IMG/VR virus record: IMGVR_UViG_3300046805_000112
Location: 1-41,783 of that record
Source: a virus
Lineage: Duplodnaviria > Caudoviricetes
Length of the DNA stretch: 41,783 bases
Direction: 5' to 3' (one strand)
Below are positions 1 to 8,307 of this stretch, piece by piece. Within the stretch, counting starts at the first letter, position 1, and every line of letters begins with the position of its first letter. The translations under genes and the position numbers were made by a program. A model generated the notes under the pieces. It made no database searches. It saw only the letters and a list, made by a program, of their open reading frames with translations, and was not told the origin of the DNA.

Positions 1-113
1 GTGTAATTCTGTTTGAGAGCATCAATGAGAATATAACACCATTTGGTTACATTCAACTGAATGGTGTTCCTTGCGTCTTGCTGGGCAACGTAGTCGGCAA
101 AGGTAGCAGTCAT
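1..113 (-). CDS. Hypothetical phage protein, runs off the window (MTATFADYVAQQDARNTIQLNVTKWCYIL...)
   Basis: ATG at 113, open to the window edge; lies directly downstream of promoter element copy 1. Confidence 0.7.
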   Translation of the reverse strand, partial: MTATFADYVAQQDARNTIQLNVTKWCYILIDALKQNY

Positions 114-125
114 GGGTCGTTTGCT

Positions 126-190
126 TATGGATCTATTGTAGGGCATCCAGGAGCGGTTTCCGTGCCTCCTGTGCCAGTTCATCAACTGTC
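126..190 (-). promoter_or_regulatory. Repeated early-promoter element, copy 1
   Basis: GACAGTT-GATG-AACTGGCACA, 29-nt hairpin spacer (CAGGAG..CTCCTG), TACAAT, then CATA; lies inside the MTase 3' end. Confidence 0.75.
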
Positions 191-1110
191 TCTTGTGCGA
201 TGCGAATCGCGTCAGGATTCGTGTCCAGGGTGGTACAGTTCCTGTCCAAACCAAAAGCGGCAATAGCAGTGGTTCCAGATCCACAGAAGGGGTCCAGCAC
301 CCATCCATTCACGGGACATGACGACTTTATGATACGTTCTAACAGTTTCAGGGGTTTTTGTGTGGGATACTTACGCTTATTAGACTCACTTCGGGAGATA
401 AAGTATACATCATCCCATAGATTCTGTACTGGAACACCCTTGGACTCATGAGAATAGATTTTTTTGTAGATGTTGTTGCTGCCGTAGTGCAGTAGACCCT
501 GAGCGTCCATGGATTCCAATTTTTCCTTTGTTACACGAAACCCATACTGGGGATTGTATCCTTTGTACTCAAATCTTGCAGAAGGACGACTTTTTTCACC
601 TGTTACTTTAGCCAGAGCATAATAACCAACCTCATCCTTATTCTTAAAACTATTCTCAGCATAAACTGGATCCAATGAGGTATATTCAACCTCAAAATAT
701 GGTTTACCTTTTTGAAGGACAATAATACTGTCTACAATATTGCCCCACCCATTCTTTAGATTATTCTTTGGTCCACTACGTTTCCATGAGATGTTAGTGT
801 AAAATGCATCACGAACTTTAGCATTAACCTTAGACAATACTAAGGCATTACCAATAAAGTTATTGTGAGCATACAACCAACCATTCTTATTCAGTTTTGC
901 AAAGGAATTGTTAATGACTTCGGCATACCAGTCAATATAATCATCAAACGAACTCCAGTTATCACTGAATCCTTTTTCTTGACCATCTTCCTCCTGCATG
1001 GTAAAGTCCCTCTGTAACCCAAAAGGGGGATCCATGTAAACAAGATCAAATGTTTGATTGATTGTATTCAGTTCTTCAACAGGTTTGTTCAGGATGTTAA
1101 TTTCAGGCAT
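133..1110 (-). CDS. DNA amino-methyltransferase (N6-adenine/N4-cytosine), beta class
   Basis: Motif IV DPPF near the N-terminus, YPTQKP-LLERII, and motif I VLDPFCGSGTT near the C-terminus; ATG at 1110 overlaps the upstream TGA (TGATG). Confidence 0.93.
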   Translation of the reverse strand: MPEINILNKPVEELNTINQTFDLVYMDPPFGLQRDFTMQEEDGQEKGFSDNWSSFDDYIDWYAEVINNSFAKLNKNGWLYAHNNFIGNALVLSKVNAKVRDAFYTNISWKRSGPKNNLKNGWGNIVDSIIVLQKGKPYFEVEYTSLDPVYAENSFKNKDEVGYYALAKVTGEKSRPSARFEYKGYNPQYGFRVTKEKLESMDAQGLLHYGSNNIYKKIYSHESKGVPVQNLWDDVYFISRSESNKRKYPTQKPLKLLERIIKSSCPVNGWVLDPFCGSGTTAIAAFGLDRNCTTLDTNPDAIRIAQETVDELAQEARKPLLDALQ

Positions 1111-2174
1111 CAGCAAACAGGGCGCTCAATGAATTCATTTTCACCTGGATCATACTCACCATCAATTTGACCCATAGCAATATATTCAATTTTATCATAA
1201 AACTCTTTTCTGGTCAACGATCCCAATTGAACTTTATCGTAAAATTTGCTCATAATTCTGGCAGTTTTAACAAATTGTTCATACATTCTTTCAAACCCAT
1301 CTTTATGGTATTTGACGATCAAGGATGGATCATCTTTCTTAGAATATGTTTGAATGACGGGAACATATCCATCATCCATTGCATTTAGAACTTGGTTCCA
1401 CCATTTAGGCGCATCTGCTTTTGCATTATCTGTGCAGACGACATATCCATAACGTCCATTATCGAGAAGACCACTACCATAATAGTTTTTAGTTGTAGCA
1501 CAAATTGTTTCTCTTACCTCATCAGTAGATAAATTGCGAATTTTCTTTCCAACGTATTTTCCTGGTTGCAAAATTCTATTGGTAATTTGGGTCAGTTTAC
1601 CCTCAGAAAAAACTTCATGCTGTTTTGTTTCTCTTAACCACAGTTCTATATGCATTTCATCCACTGGTGTTCCTGGACGATAAACATATCCATACCTTTT
1701 AACCCTATCCGCTGCAGCACGAACAACGCTATGCATTGTTGTCTTCTTCTGTGGATTTTTAAGATTGTTAATTACAAATCCAAAATCAGTTGCTGCTGCC
1801 CACAAATATTCTTCATCAATTCCAGTATATTCATAAACATCAACATACCATTTTTGTTGGTTTAATTTTTTTAATGCAGCAATTAAATGGTGGTGGTCAA
1901 TAATATCATATTTTCCAAATTGATTAATAACAACTGCTGCAAGTTGTCCATCTTCATCATATCCACCTTCTAAAAGATTATTATAAATTTCATCCACAAG
2001 TTCCCAATGCATATCTTCGGAACGAGGATCATTCTTACTAAATTCTAAATCATCAACATTAACTTCAACTGTTGATGATTTTAATCTAAAATATGGAGAT
2101 GATGGTCTCTGGCGTTCTTTTGCATATTTGCTAACTTTAGGGAGTTGAGTAGGAACAAATTTAATTTTTGCCAT
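1110..2174 (-). CDS. Hypothetical protein with a possible N-terminal ParB/Srx-like domain
   Basis: 354-aa ORF; YDIIDHHHLIAALKKL resembles the ParB/Srx IIDGHHR..A motif. Confidence 0.55.
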   Translation of the reverse strand: MAKIKFVPTQLPKVSKYAKERQRPSSPYFRLKSSTVEVNVDDLEFSKNDPRSEDMHWELVDEIYNNLLEGGYDEDGQLAAVVINQFGKYDIIDHHHLIAALKKLNQQKWYVDVYEYTGIDEEYLWAAATDFGFVINNLKNPQKKTTMHSVVRAAADRVKRYGYVYRPGTPVDEMHIELWLRETKQHEVFSEGKLTQITNRILQPGKYVGKKIRNLSTDEVRETICATTKNYYGSGLLDNGRYGYVVCTDNAKADAPKWWNQVLNAMDDGYVPVIQTYSKKDDPSLIVKYHKDGFERMYEQFVKTARIMSKFYDKVQLGSLTRKEFYDKIEYIAMGQIDGEYDPGENEFIERPVC

Positions 2175-2199
2175 TTTTTGTCAGAATTCATTATTCATC

Positions 2200-2229
2200 A
2201 TTATATAGCAGGTTGCCATCTTTTGTCAA
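2200..2229 (-). promoter_or_regulatory. Sigma70-like promoter
   Basis: TTGACA-N18-TATAAT upstream of the 2174 start. Confidence 0.75.
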
Positions 2230-2230
2230 C

Positions 2231-2257
2231 AAAAAAGAGGGTCTGACCCCCCCTTTA
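2231..2257 (-). terminator. Rho-independent terminator after cp12
   Basis: AGGGGG-GTCAGA-CCCTCT hairpin followed by a T run on the minus strand. Confidence 0.65.
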
Positions 2258-2279
2258 TTATGAAATTGTAACAATCGAA

Positions 2280-2492
2280 TCAATCTTCGTATACTCTACA
2301 TTCACGTGCATTGGGATTTAATTCACAATACAGTTCTAATGGTGATGGATCGTGGGAGTCTTCGGGATGATTTGCTTTATATATTTCCAGTGCTGCTAGT
2401 TCTTCTTCTGTATGTCTTCTTGACTGTGGCGATATTGTTGGATTATTTAAAATCTCAACATCTTTTTGTATGTGTTGGTCTATGGTATCCAT
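2280..2492 (-). CDS. cp12: CP12 Calvin-cycle inhibitor (cyanophage type)
   Basis: C-terminal PLELYCELNPNARECRVYED CP12 signature; 70 aa. Confidence 0.92.
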   Translation of the reverse strand: MDTIDQHIQKDVEILNNPTISPQSRRHTEEELAALEIYKANHPEDSHDPSPLELYCELNPNARECRVYED

Positions 2493-2514
2493 AAGACTTA
2501 CTAAAATGTCGTAA

Positions 2515-2521
2515 TATTTAT
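2515..2521 (-). promoter_or_regulatory. T4-type late-promoter-like motif (ATAAATA) upstream of cp12
   Basis: ATAAATA about 23 nt before the ATG; AT-rich context weakens the call. Confidence 0.4.
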
Positions 2522-2719
2522 TTAATAGTTAGTTGGTTTTGTTTGTACGGATACAGGATCACCCTTACCTTCAAGAGATCTCACCATAAGTTCGGTGAAT
2601 TTTTCCATTTTTTCTGGTGCTACAGTGTGTGGACTATAATTAATTGCTTTTCTGAGGGCATTTAACTCATTCCATTCTTCTGTTGTGAGGTATTCTGTGC
2701 CTGTTCTGGATAGAGTCAT
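2522..2719 (-). CDS. Hypothetical cyanophage protein
   Basis: ORF, likely start MTLSRTG. Confidence 0.7.
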   Translation of the reverse strand: MTLSRTGTEYLTTEEWNELNALRKAINYSPHTVAPEKMEKFTELMVRSLEGKGDPVSVQTKPTNY

Positions 2720-2788
2720 GGTTCTCAAATGTGATTGTGTTGATTCTAACACGTATCTTCATTATTATGTAGAAACTTAATGATGTCT

Positions 2789-3115
2789 TCAGGATTGCTC
2801 AAAGTTTTTTGACTCTCTATCTTGATACTCAGTCCATAGTGCATTATGAACATCCATAAGTTCAGTAATCCAAAAACCAGCAGGATAAATGCCCAATTCA
2901 TTCATCAATCCCCTATGAGAAGTTCCTCCACTTTCTGCCTTACACATAATGTAGCAGATTGCCTGAACCATATCATACTTATCCTCTTCGGAAAGCATAT
3001 GATACTTCCCTACTGCTTTTTGAACTGATGCTTCGGATGCTTCTTGTAGATTTTTACAAGCATCAGAATCCCACCATTCTTGCAATACTTTACCAAATTC
3101 GTTTGGTTCAGTCAT
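2789..3115 (-). CDS. Hypothetical protein
   Basis: ORF, likely start MTEPNEF overlapping the upstream gene end. Confidence 0.7.
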   Translation of the reverse strand: MTEPNEFGKVLQEWWDSDACKNLQEASEASVQKAVGKYHMLSEEDKYDMVQAICYIMCKAESGGTSHRGLMNELGIYPAGFWITELMDVHNALWTEYQDRESKNFEQS

Positions 3116-3332
3116 TAAAGAATGCTCCAAAGTCACCACTACTTCCCGGTCTGCGGTTCTCCAGTTTATCCAACAGAGAATCAGTACTCATTACAGATTC
3201 AATGCGATGAATCAAATCAGCAATCACACTACAAACCATTGGTCTTTCAGTTCTTGCTGCATAGGATAAGGCATTCCTCAGACTTGCTTCTGCTTCTTTC
3301 AGTGATTCTTCTACTTGTGCTCCCAGTGCCAT
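3108..3332 (-). CDS. Hypothetical cyanophage protein
   Basis: 74-aa ORF in a tightly packed minus-strand array. Confidence 0.75.
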   Translation of the reverse strand: MALGAQVEESLKEAEASLRNALSYAARTERPMVCSVIADLIHRIESVMSTDSLLDKLENRRPGSSGDFGAFFND

Positions 3333-3333
3333 T

Positions 3334-3876
3334 TCAATTCACCTTTTTAATCAGTTTAAACGAACCATCACCATTATCAATCCACTCAACTTGGTCACCT
3401 TCTTTTAAATCCGTTGCTTCTAACAAATCATCGGGGAATGTGATAAAGTATTCCATTTCATCAGTTTCTGCTACTTTAGTTTCTTCAACAGGAAGAACCC
3501 ACTTGTTCACCTTACCCATTTTTGCTGAAGTTGCAGAATCGCACATTGCATCCAGTTCTTCTTCTGTGTATCGAAGTGCTTCCATATCACTATGTCCCCA
3601 AGGTGGCATAGACGGTTCTTCCCAGAAATCACTCCAAGATTTCTTACACTCTGGCGAAGAATCATCTTTATCACAAGTTAGATGCCCCACACCATTACCA
3701 TTCAGAAGAGCAAGAAGTTCGTAGGCATTTTCTGTTTGTTTTTTATAGGTATAATAGTTGTCCTCAACAACACCTTTAATCACATCATAGATTTCTTGTG
3801 GTGTTGCATCTGTACTCATAGCATCATACAGAAAGTTCTCAAGTTGTCCAAGAGAGTATTTTTTGTAGTCAGTCAT
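3334..3876 (-). CDS. Multi-module protein with a C-terminal AbrB/MazE/SpoVT-like domain
   Basis: C-terminal YFITFPDDLLEATDLKEGDQVEWIDNGDGSFKL fits the swapped-hairpin pattern. Confidence 0.7.
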   Translation of the reverse strand: MTDYKKYSLGQLENFLYDAMSTDATPQEIYDVIKGVVEDNYYTYKKQTENAYELLALLNGNGVGHLTCDKDDSSPECKKSWSDFWEEPSMPPWGHSDMEALRYTEEELDAMCDSATSAKMGKVNKWVLPVEETKVAETDEMEYFITFPDDLLEATDLKEGDQVEWIDNGDGSFKLIKKVN

Positions 3877-4054
3877 GGTTTTGAAGTTCCTCTTTGAGTG
3901 CTTGTTCCATAATAACCTGAATTTCGGCAGATGTCAAGTTGTTCAACCAGGACCATTTTGGATCTGCCTTGTCCCAATCCATGGTGAATGTACCATCAGC
4001 ATTCTCTGTAATCTTAAGACTATCAATCTCTTGGTTTTGGTTTGTTGCACTCAT
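3869..4054 (-). CDS. Hypothetical cyanophage protein
   Basis: 61-aa ORF (LKITENADGTFTMDWD). Confidence 0.7.
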   Translation of the reverse strand: MSATNQNQEIDSLKITENADGTFTMDWDKADPKWSWLNNLTSAEIQVIMEQALKEELQNHD

Positions 4055-4168
4055 TGCAGTAATATGAAAAGTTTGATTTAAAGTATTTTACTATTTGGTA
4101 GTGATCTTTGTCTAGTGGTTTCTCTTCACCACATTTAACGCACTTTCGTAGTTCCGATACCTGAGTTT
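4023..4168 (-). CDS. Zinc-finger segment (CxxC...CxxC); start unresolved
   Basis: CVKC...CNEC; no proximal start codon, the only upstream in-frame ATG is at 4340. Confidence 0.5.
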
Positions 4169-4344
4169 CCCCAGATGCGACGTTCTTTCTTACGCAGTTT
4201 CTTAAGGTCTCTGTAAAGTTCCTTGATTTCTTGATAAGCTTGTTCTGGAGTGATTTTATTTGTGATTTCAAGTCCTGCAATGAGGGCACATTTATCACCA
4301 AACCTTGCGAGTGCTCGTTCGTATTGAGAAAGATTTTCATACAT
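4135..4344 (-). CDS. Hypothetical cyanophage protein (MYENLSQYERAL...)
   Basis: 69-aa ORF coupled to the upstream stop (TAATG). Confidence 0.75.
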   Translation of the reverse strand: MYENLSQYERALARFGDKCALIAGLEITNKITPEQAYQEIKELYRDLKKLRKKERRIWGNSGIGTTKVR

Positions 4345-4622
4345 TATTTTTCAAGTCCATAGTTGTTAAGATTATAAGTCACTGGATGAATATTGTCAAT
4401 CTGTGCTTGTAGTCTGTTTTCAACTTCATACAGGCAATTAGTTGTACTAATATTCTCCTTTTCCAGTTTTGTGATGCGTTCTTCTAGTCTTACAACTTCT
4501 TTTGCAAGTGAAGCGCATAGCCCAGCAAGACTATGTTTGTCTCCATTAGTATCAGTAACTAAAAGTTCATAAGTTTCAGGTTTTTGATAATCTTTAACAA
4601 CTCTGTTAAACCAGTTAAACAT
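4344..4622 (-). CDS. Hypothetical coiled-coil protein
   Basis: 92-aa ORF with a heptad-like centre. Confidence 0.7.
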   Translation of the reverse strand: MFNWFNRVVKDYQKPETYELLVTDTNGDKHSLAGLCASLAKEVVRLEERITKLEKENISTTNCLYEVENRLQAQIDNIHPVTYNLNNYGLEK

Positions 4623-4759
4623 TAAACTACTCCGATTTCTTTAAGATATGCTTGGTATCTCGTAAAACCACCAATTCTTATTGGTCTATTTAAGCTTTCA
4701 CAACAACGGCAATATGATAGAAACTCATACCAAGGTGCAGTGGGATCGGTGTCACTCAT
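4622..4759 (-). CDS. Small hypothetical protein (MSDTDPTAPWYEFLSYCRCCESL...)
   Basis: 45-aa ORF read manually; fills the gap and is coupled at both ends. Confidence 0.65.
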   Translation of the reverse strand: MSDTDPTAPWYEFLSYCRCCESLNRPIRIGGFTRYQAYLKEIGVV

Positions 4760-4922
4760 ACTTATACCCGATTTTATAATCTTTTTTGTTAAGTTTATAA
4801 CGTGAGATGTGCTTCTTCATATGGTCCTCAGACTGAAAGTAGCACTTGCGCGTCTCTTTGCCATCCTTATGAACCAGTTTCCAAGGAAACTCATTGAAAG
4901 GATACTCTTCCTCATAGTTCAT
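4752..4922 (-). CDS. Small hypothetical protein (MNYEEEYPFNEFPWKL...)
   Basis: 56-aa ORF read manually; ATGA overlap. Confidence 0.7.
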   Translation of the reverse strand: MNYEEEYPFNEFPWKLVHKDGKETRKCYFQSEDHMKKHISRYKLNKKDYKIGYKYE

Positions 4923-5212
4923 TCTGTTTCTCCGTAAAGTTTTGATTCACAAGCATCGTAACCAACTTGGAATGCAGATCTCAACCATTTTACCATACTT
5001 TGACTGTCTTTGCTTGCCTTTGCATAATCAAAGTCATCCCAGAACCTTTCATAACGGAAAGAAAATCCTTCCATCTCCTCAAACCAAGCATCAAACTGCT
5101 TCTTAATCTCAATACGACGATTATTTCGTTCTTCTAGGTATTCAAGTTTATCCGGTGCAGGTGCTTCACCTAACCAATCTTCCAGTGTGCTAGGGTCAAT
5201 CGTGTCACTCAT
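4919..5212 (-). CDS. Hypothetical protein
   Basis: ORF, likely start MSDTIDP. Confidence 0.7.
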   Translation of the reverse strand: MSDTIDPSTLEDWLGEAPAPDKLEYLEERNNRRIEIKKQFDAWFEEMEGFSFRYERFWDDFDYAKASKDSQSMVKWLRSAFQVGYDACESKLYGETE

Positions 5213-5570
5213 CGTCTTCCTCCTCACACCAGTTCTTCAACTCTTCCATAACTTCATCAAGTGAATAAGTTCTTACTTTACCCGTATCTATATCATCTAC
5301 CATCTGCATAAGATATTCAAGGAACTCTTTGGGATAAACTTCATCTTCTCCAAGAGTTGCCCAGAACCATTCAATACATTCTGCTTCTGGGTCTTCTACT
5401 GTTCTGGGCAAATCATAATTCTCATAGTTGCTACCCATCAAGTCTGCCCAGATACGGAAAGCATCACCAATAGTCTGCCATCCAGTCATCCAGCAGTGCC
5501 CGATATGATACTCCCACCAGTTGAGTTTTGTTTTCTCTTTGTCTGTTGCTAATACTGGTTTAGAAATCAT
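5205..5570 (-). CDS. Hypothetical acidic protein
   Basis: 121-aa ORF. Confidence 0.75.
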   Translation of the reverse strand: MISKPVLATDKEKTKLNWWEYHIGHCWMTGWQTIGDAFRIWADLMGSNYENYDLPRTVEDPEAECIEWFWATLGEDEVYPKEFLEYLMQMVDDIDTGKVRTYSLDEVMEELKNWCEEEDDE

Positions 5571-5722
5571 AATTTCTCCACATAAACATCACTGATGGTA
5601 ATACTCTTACACTTATAATAAGTTGTAAGTTGTTCGGCAGTCATCTCACTTTCAACTAAAATTTGAATACTCACAGTCGCATCATCTACAAGACTTGAAA
5701 GAACCACAGCAAATTTATTCAT
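5567..5722 (-). CDS. Small hypothetical protein (MNKFAVVLSSLVDD...)
   Basis: 51-aa ORF read manually; ATGA overlaps at both ends. Confidence 0.65.
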   Translation of the reverse strand: MNKFAVVLSSLVDDATVSIQILVESEMTAEQLTTYYKCKSITISDVYVEKL

Positions 5723-6000
5723 CCGTAACACATACTCTCTAAGTATCCTATGATTTTACTCATAGATTGCTCATCTGTCAACCTTTCCGCAGGACAGAAC
5801 CCCAAGTGGTTGTTGTGAGTATTTAACCACCAAATCATTTGTTCGTCACCTCTCTCTTGGTCATCAGGCAATCCAAGCATATCATAAAGAACCACATACA
5901 TTCTCAACAGTTGTGTTGGGTCAATATCACCCAGAGGCATATGAAGAATATTTGCTGCTTTTTGGGCTGCATTTTTTAGGAGTTCTTCTGCGTCAGTCAT
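5719..6000 (-). CDS. Protein resembling the Xre/MbcA/ParS antitoxin C-terminal domain (DUF2384-like)
   Basis: WWLNTHNNHLGFCPAERL....IIGYL resembles the W-L-x-x-x-N-x-x-LG-x-P-x-x-L pattern. Confidence 0.55.
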   Translation of the reverse strand: MTDAEELLKNAAQKAANILHMPLGDIDPTQLLRMYVVLYDMLGLPDDQERGDEQMIWWLNTHNNHLGFCPAERLTDEQSMSKIIGYLESMCYG

Positions 6001-6001
6001 T

Positions 6002-6445
6002 TCAGTTCTCTTTTTTGATAATGTCCATAATACCCATAGGTGGTTCTACAATTGTTTTTGGAATTGGTTTATCTGGTTTTGATTTTGGTTTTTCTGTTTC
6101 TTTGTAATAGAGTTTAGCATCAGTTTTATCAAAGTTTTTATGCTTTACACCACCACCACGATTACGAGATTTCCAATTTACATTTCTAGCCTTTTTAGTT
6201 GAAAGTTTGGTGAGAGTAATTTCATTTTCAATTACTTTTTTATCCCACCAGATTACCCACGGATGATTAAACACACTTTCATCAGCAACATCATAAATAT
6301 GAAAAATAACTTCTAAACCATTTATTTCTAATGGTGCTCCACCAATTAAATTATCAATATATTCTCCGGGAATATTAAGAACCGCAAAAGCATCTGTATA
6401 TTCTAATTTATATCTGTATAGAGTAGTTGTAATTTTTTCAGTCAT
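6002..6445 (-). CDS. Hypothetical basic protein, AT-rich gene
   Basis: 147-aa ORF with a Lys-rich C-terminal half. Confidence 0.7.
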   Translation of the reverse strand: MTEKITTTLYRYKLEYTDAFAVLNIPGEYIDNLIGGAPLEINGLEVIFHIYDVADESVFNHPWVIWWDKKVIENEITLTKLSTKKARNVNWKSRNRGGGVKHKNFDKTDAKLYYKETEKPKSKPDKPIPKTIVEPPMGIMDIIKKEN

Positions 6446-6738
6446 TAGAGTGCATCCACCTCATCAGCAATCTCACGCAACTTATCTATAGGACATTCCA
6501 ATTCACCCAAATCCGTGCATAATCTATCAGCAACCTCACGGATAACGCAAGCAATCAACTTCTGCCTATCCTTACTTTTTGGTCTTAATGTGTAGGGCAA
6601 AGTTGCTTCCAAAATCTGCTCTGCTCTAATAGTCATTTTCTTTATTTCAAGTTTAGTTTCAGGGCATTTAGTTCCAGGAGTTGGAAAAGGTATGCGAAAG
6701 CTTTCTTCACCATCTGTAAAGAAAATCATATCAGTCAT
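6445..6738 (-). CDS. Hypothetical protein
   Basis: 97-aa ORF. Confidence 0.7.
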   Translation of the reverse strand: MTDMIFFTDGEESFRIPFPTPGTKCPETKLEIKKMTIRAEQILEATLPYTLRPKSKDRQKLIACVIREVADRLCTDLGELECPIDKLREIADEVDAL

Positions 6739-7304
6739 CGCAACATCCCCTTCATTTTACGCAAACAATGATTGAAACCTTCTGTCGCATCAATCGCAAA
6801 AGTATTTTGACTTCCTTCTGCAGATTGTTCTTTCGGCAACCATTTCTCTACCAAATCCACAATCTCATCACAACAATCAATAGAATATCCAAGTTCATTC
6901 CTCATCATATTCCAAAGTTTTTGAGATTTATATTTCTCTAACAACCTATCAATAACATCATCCATAGGTTTTGGTTCTTCTTGTTGAAACATAGTGTATA
7001 AAAATACTTTGATGGTTCGTCCATCATCCTGCAAACTTACCTTAACATTAGAGCACCCATAATGAACAAACTCTCGTCCATCATTACCAATAACTTCAAC
7101 ACGAGTTACATCTGGATAGTTCTTTAGAAAGTCTCCGTTTGGTTGTTGTATGTCTTCAGTCATTTGTGATTTTAGCATAAGTGCTCGGATTTTCTCCTTA
7201 CCATACTTTGTGAGTTCTTGCTTATTATATCGCAGTTCTTCTACTTCTTGTGGTGTGAGATTGAGCCACGGAGCATCATCAGGTTCTGGTAGATTGTTAG
7301 TCAT
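6735..7304 (-). CDS. Hypothetical mosaic protein
   Basis: ORF from MTNNLPE with an internal in-frame ATGACTGA at 7163. Confidence 0.7.
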   Translation of the reverse strand: MTNNLPEPDDAPWLNLTPQEVEELRYNKQELTKYGKEKIRALMLKSQMTEDIQQPNGDFLKNYPDVTRVEVIGNDGREFVHYGCSNVKVSLQDDGRTIKVFLYTMFQQEEPKPMDDVIDRLLEKYKSQKLWNMMRNELGYSIDCCDEIVDLVEKWLPKEQSAEGSQNTFAIDATEGFNHCLRKMKGMLR

Positions 7305-7537
7305 TACCAACTCTCCCAAGTGAAACCAAACAATTCAAAACAAAATCCCCCCTTCCAACACCAGAAGAGAATATCAATCAAATGATTGTTTCCAAGTGAG
7401 ATTTGAAGATAAGGACCAGCAGGATACTCACTCCAATCAAAACTTAATTGAATAAAAGACCTTCTTTTACCTTTGAGTAGAGTGAATACGTGCTCCATAC
7501 CATAATCTTGTCTTTTGTAGTAATTAAAGAGTTTCAT
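7304..7537 (-). CDS. Hypothetical protein
   Basis: 77-aa aromatic-rich ORF. Confidence 0.7.
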   Translation of the reverse strand: MKLFNYYKRQDYGMEHVFTLLKGKRRSFIQLSFDWSEYPAGPYLQISLGNNHLIDILFWCWKGGFCFELFGFTWESW

Positions 7538-7707
7538 TCTTTTGCCTCCTTCTTTTTCATAAAAAATTCAATAACTCCTTCAACAAATCCAATAGTAAAA
7601 AGAATAATAGGAAGAGATAATACTTGCTCCCAAGTCCAATCAATTACTCCTGTGAGTTTTAGAACGATAAAACATATTCCAGCAATATCAAGAATACCAA
7701 GTTTCAT
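7534..7707 (-). CDS. Small membrane protein
   Basis: Two hydrophobic segments, FIVLKLTGVIDWTW..VLS; GGAGG RBS. Confidence 0.75.
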   Translation of the reverse strand: MKLGILDIAGICFIVLKLTGVIDWTWEQVLSLPIILFTIGFVEGVIEFFMKKKEAKE

Positions 7708-7937
7708 TTTGCCTCCCAGTTGTTTCTCATTATAGCACAATTACCATAACTTCTTTCAGCAGAACAAGTAGTATAAGAACAGGTAGTTCCATTCACATAA
7801 TCAACAATCTTCTTACGATTTGGATGAAAGCACTTTTGTAGAGTAGGAAATCCAAAGATACGAGAACTTATCCAATCAAAGACACCATCATAATCTTTGT
7901 AGTGCTTACAATTACGGCAAGTTTTTATTTCAGTCAT
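7704..7937 (-). CDS. Cys-rich hypothetical protein
   Basis: CRNCKHY...C...C...C. Confidence 0.7.
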   Translation of the reverse strand: MTEIKTCRNCKHYKDYDGVFDWISSRIFGFPTLQKCFHPNRKKIVDYVNGTTCSYTTCSAERSYGNCAIMRNNWEAK

Positions 7938-8149
7938 TTTGAACAGTGTAGAAAGTATTTGTAGTCGGCAAAACCATTACCCCAACGCACCACATCACAT
8001 CCTTTATAAGTATCCACCACCTCAAAGTTTGATTTGGGGGCATCTGGTTGTTGTGGTTCTGGTTTTACCATATAAAATGCAAGAATGACAGTAGAAGCAC
8101 CAATAATCACACCAATAGTTAGTGTCTTGTAGTATTCAAAATTACTCAT
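7934..8149 (-). CDS. Small membrane-anchored protein
   Basis: N-terminal TM helix, then FEVVDTYKGCDVVRW. Confidence 0.75.
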   Translation of the reverse strand: MSNFEYYKTLTIGVIIGASTVILAFYMVKPEPQQPDAPKSNFEVVDTYKGCDVVRWGNGFADYKYFLHCSK

Positions 8150-8307
8150 TTTTGCTTCTTCACGAATGTATCAAGTTTATCATAGTGTTTTGTAATGTGT
8201 TGTATCTTATATAACACATCATCAGCACCATCACCATACATACAGGCAAGATTTTCTGCCTCTGATTGAATGATAAGTTTGATTTGTTGAATGTCTTTTT
8301 CAGTCAT
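8146..8307 (-). CDS. Small hypothetical protein (MTEKDIQQIK...)
   Basis: 53-aa ORF read manually; GGAGG RBS and ATGA overlaps. Confidence 0.65.
   Translation of the reverse strand: MTEKDIQQIKLIIQSEAENLACMYGDGADDVLYKIQHITKHYDKLDTFVKKQK

Noticed and set aside
3122-3724. 200-aa plus-strand ORF
   Set aside because: Antisense to a coherent coupled minus-strand array; Ser/Leu-rich non-protein-like composition
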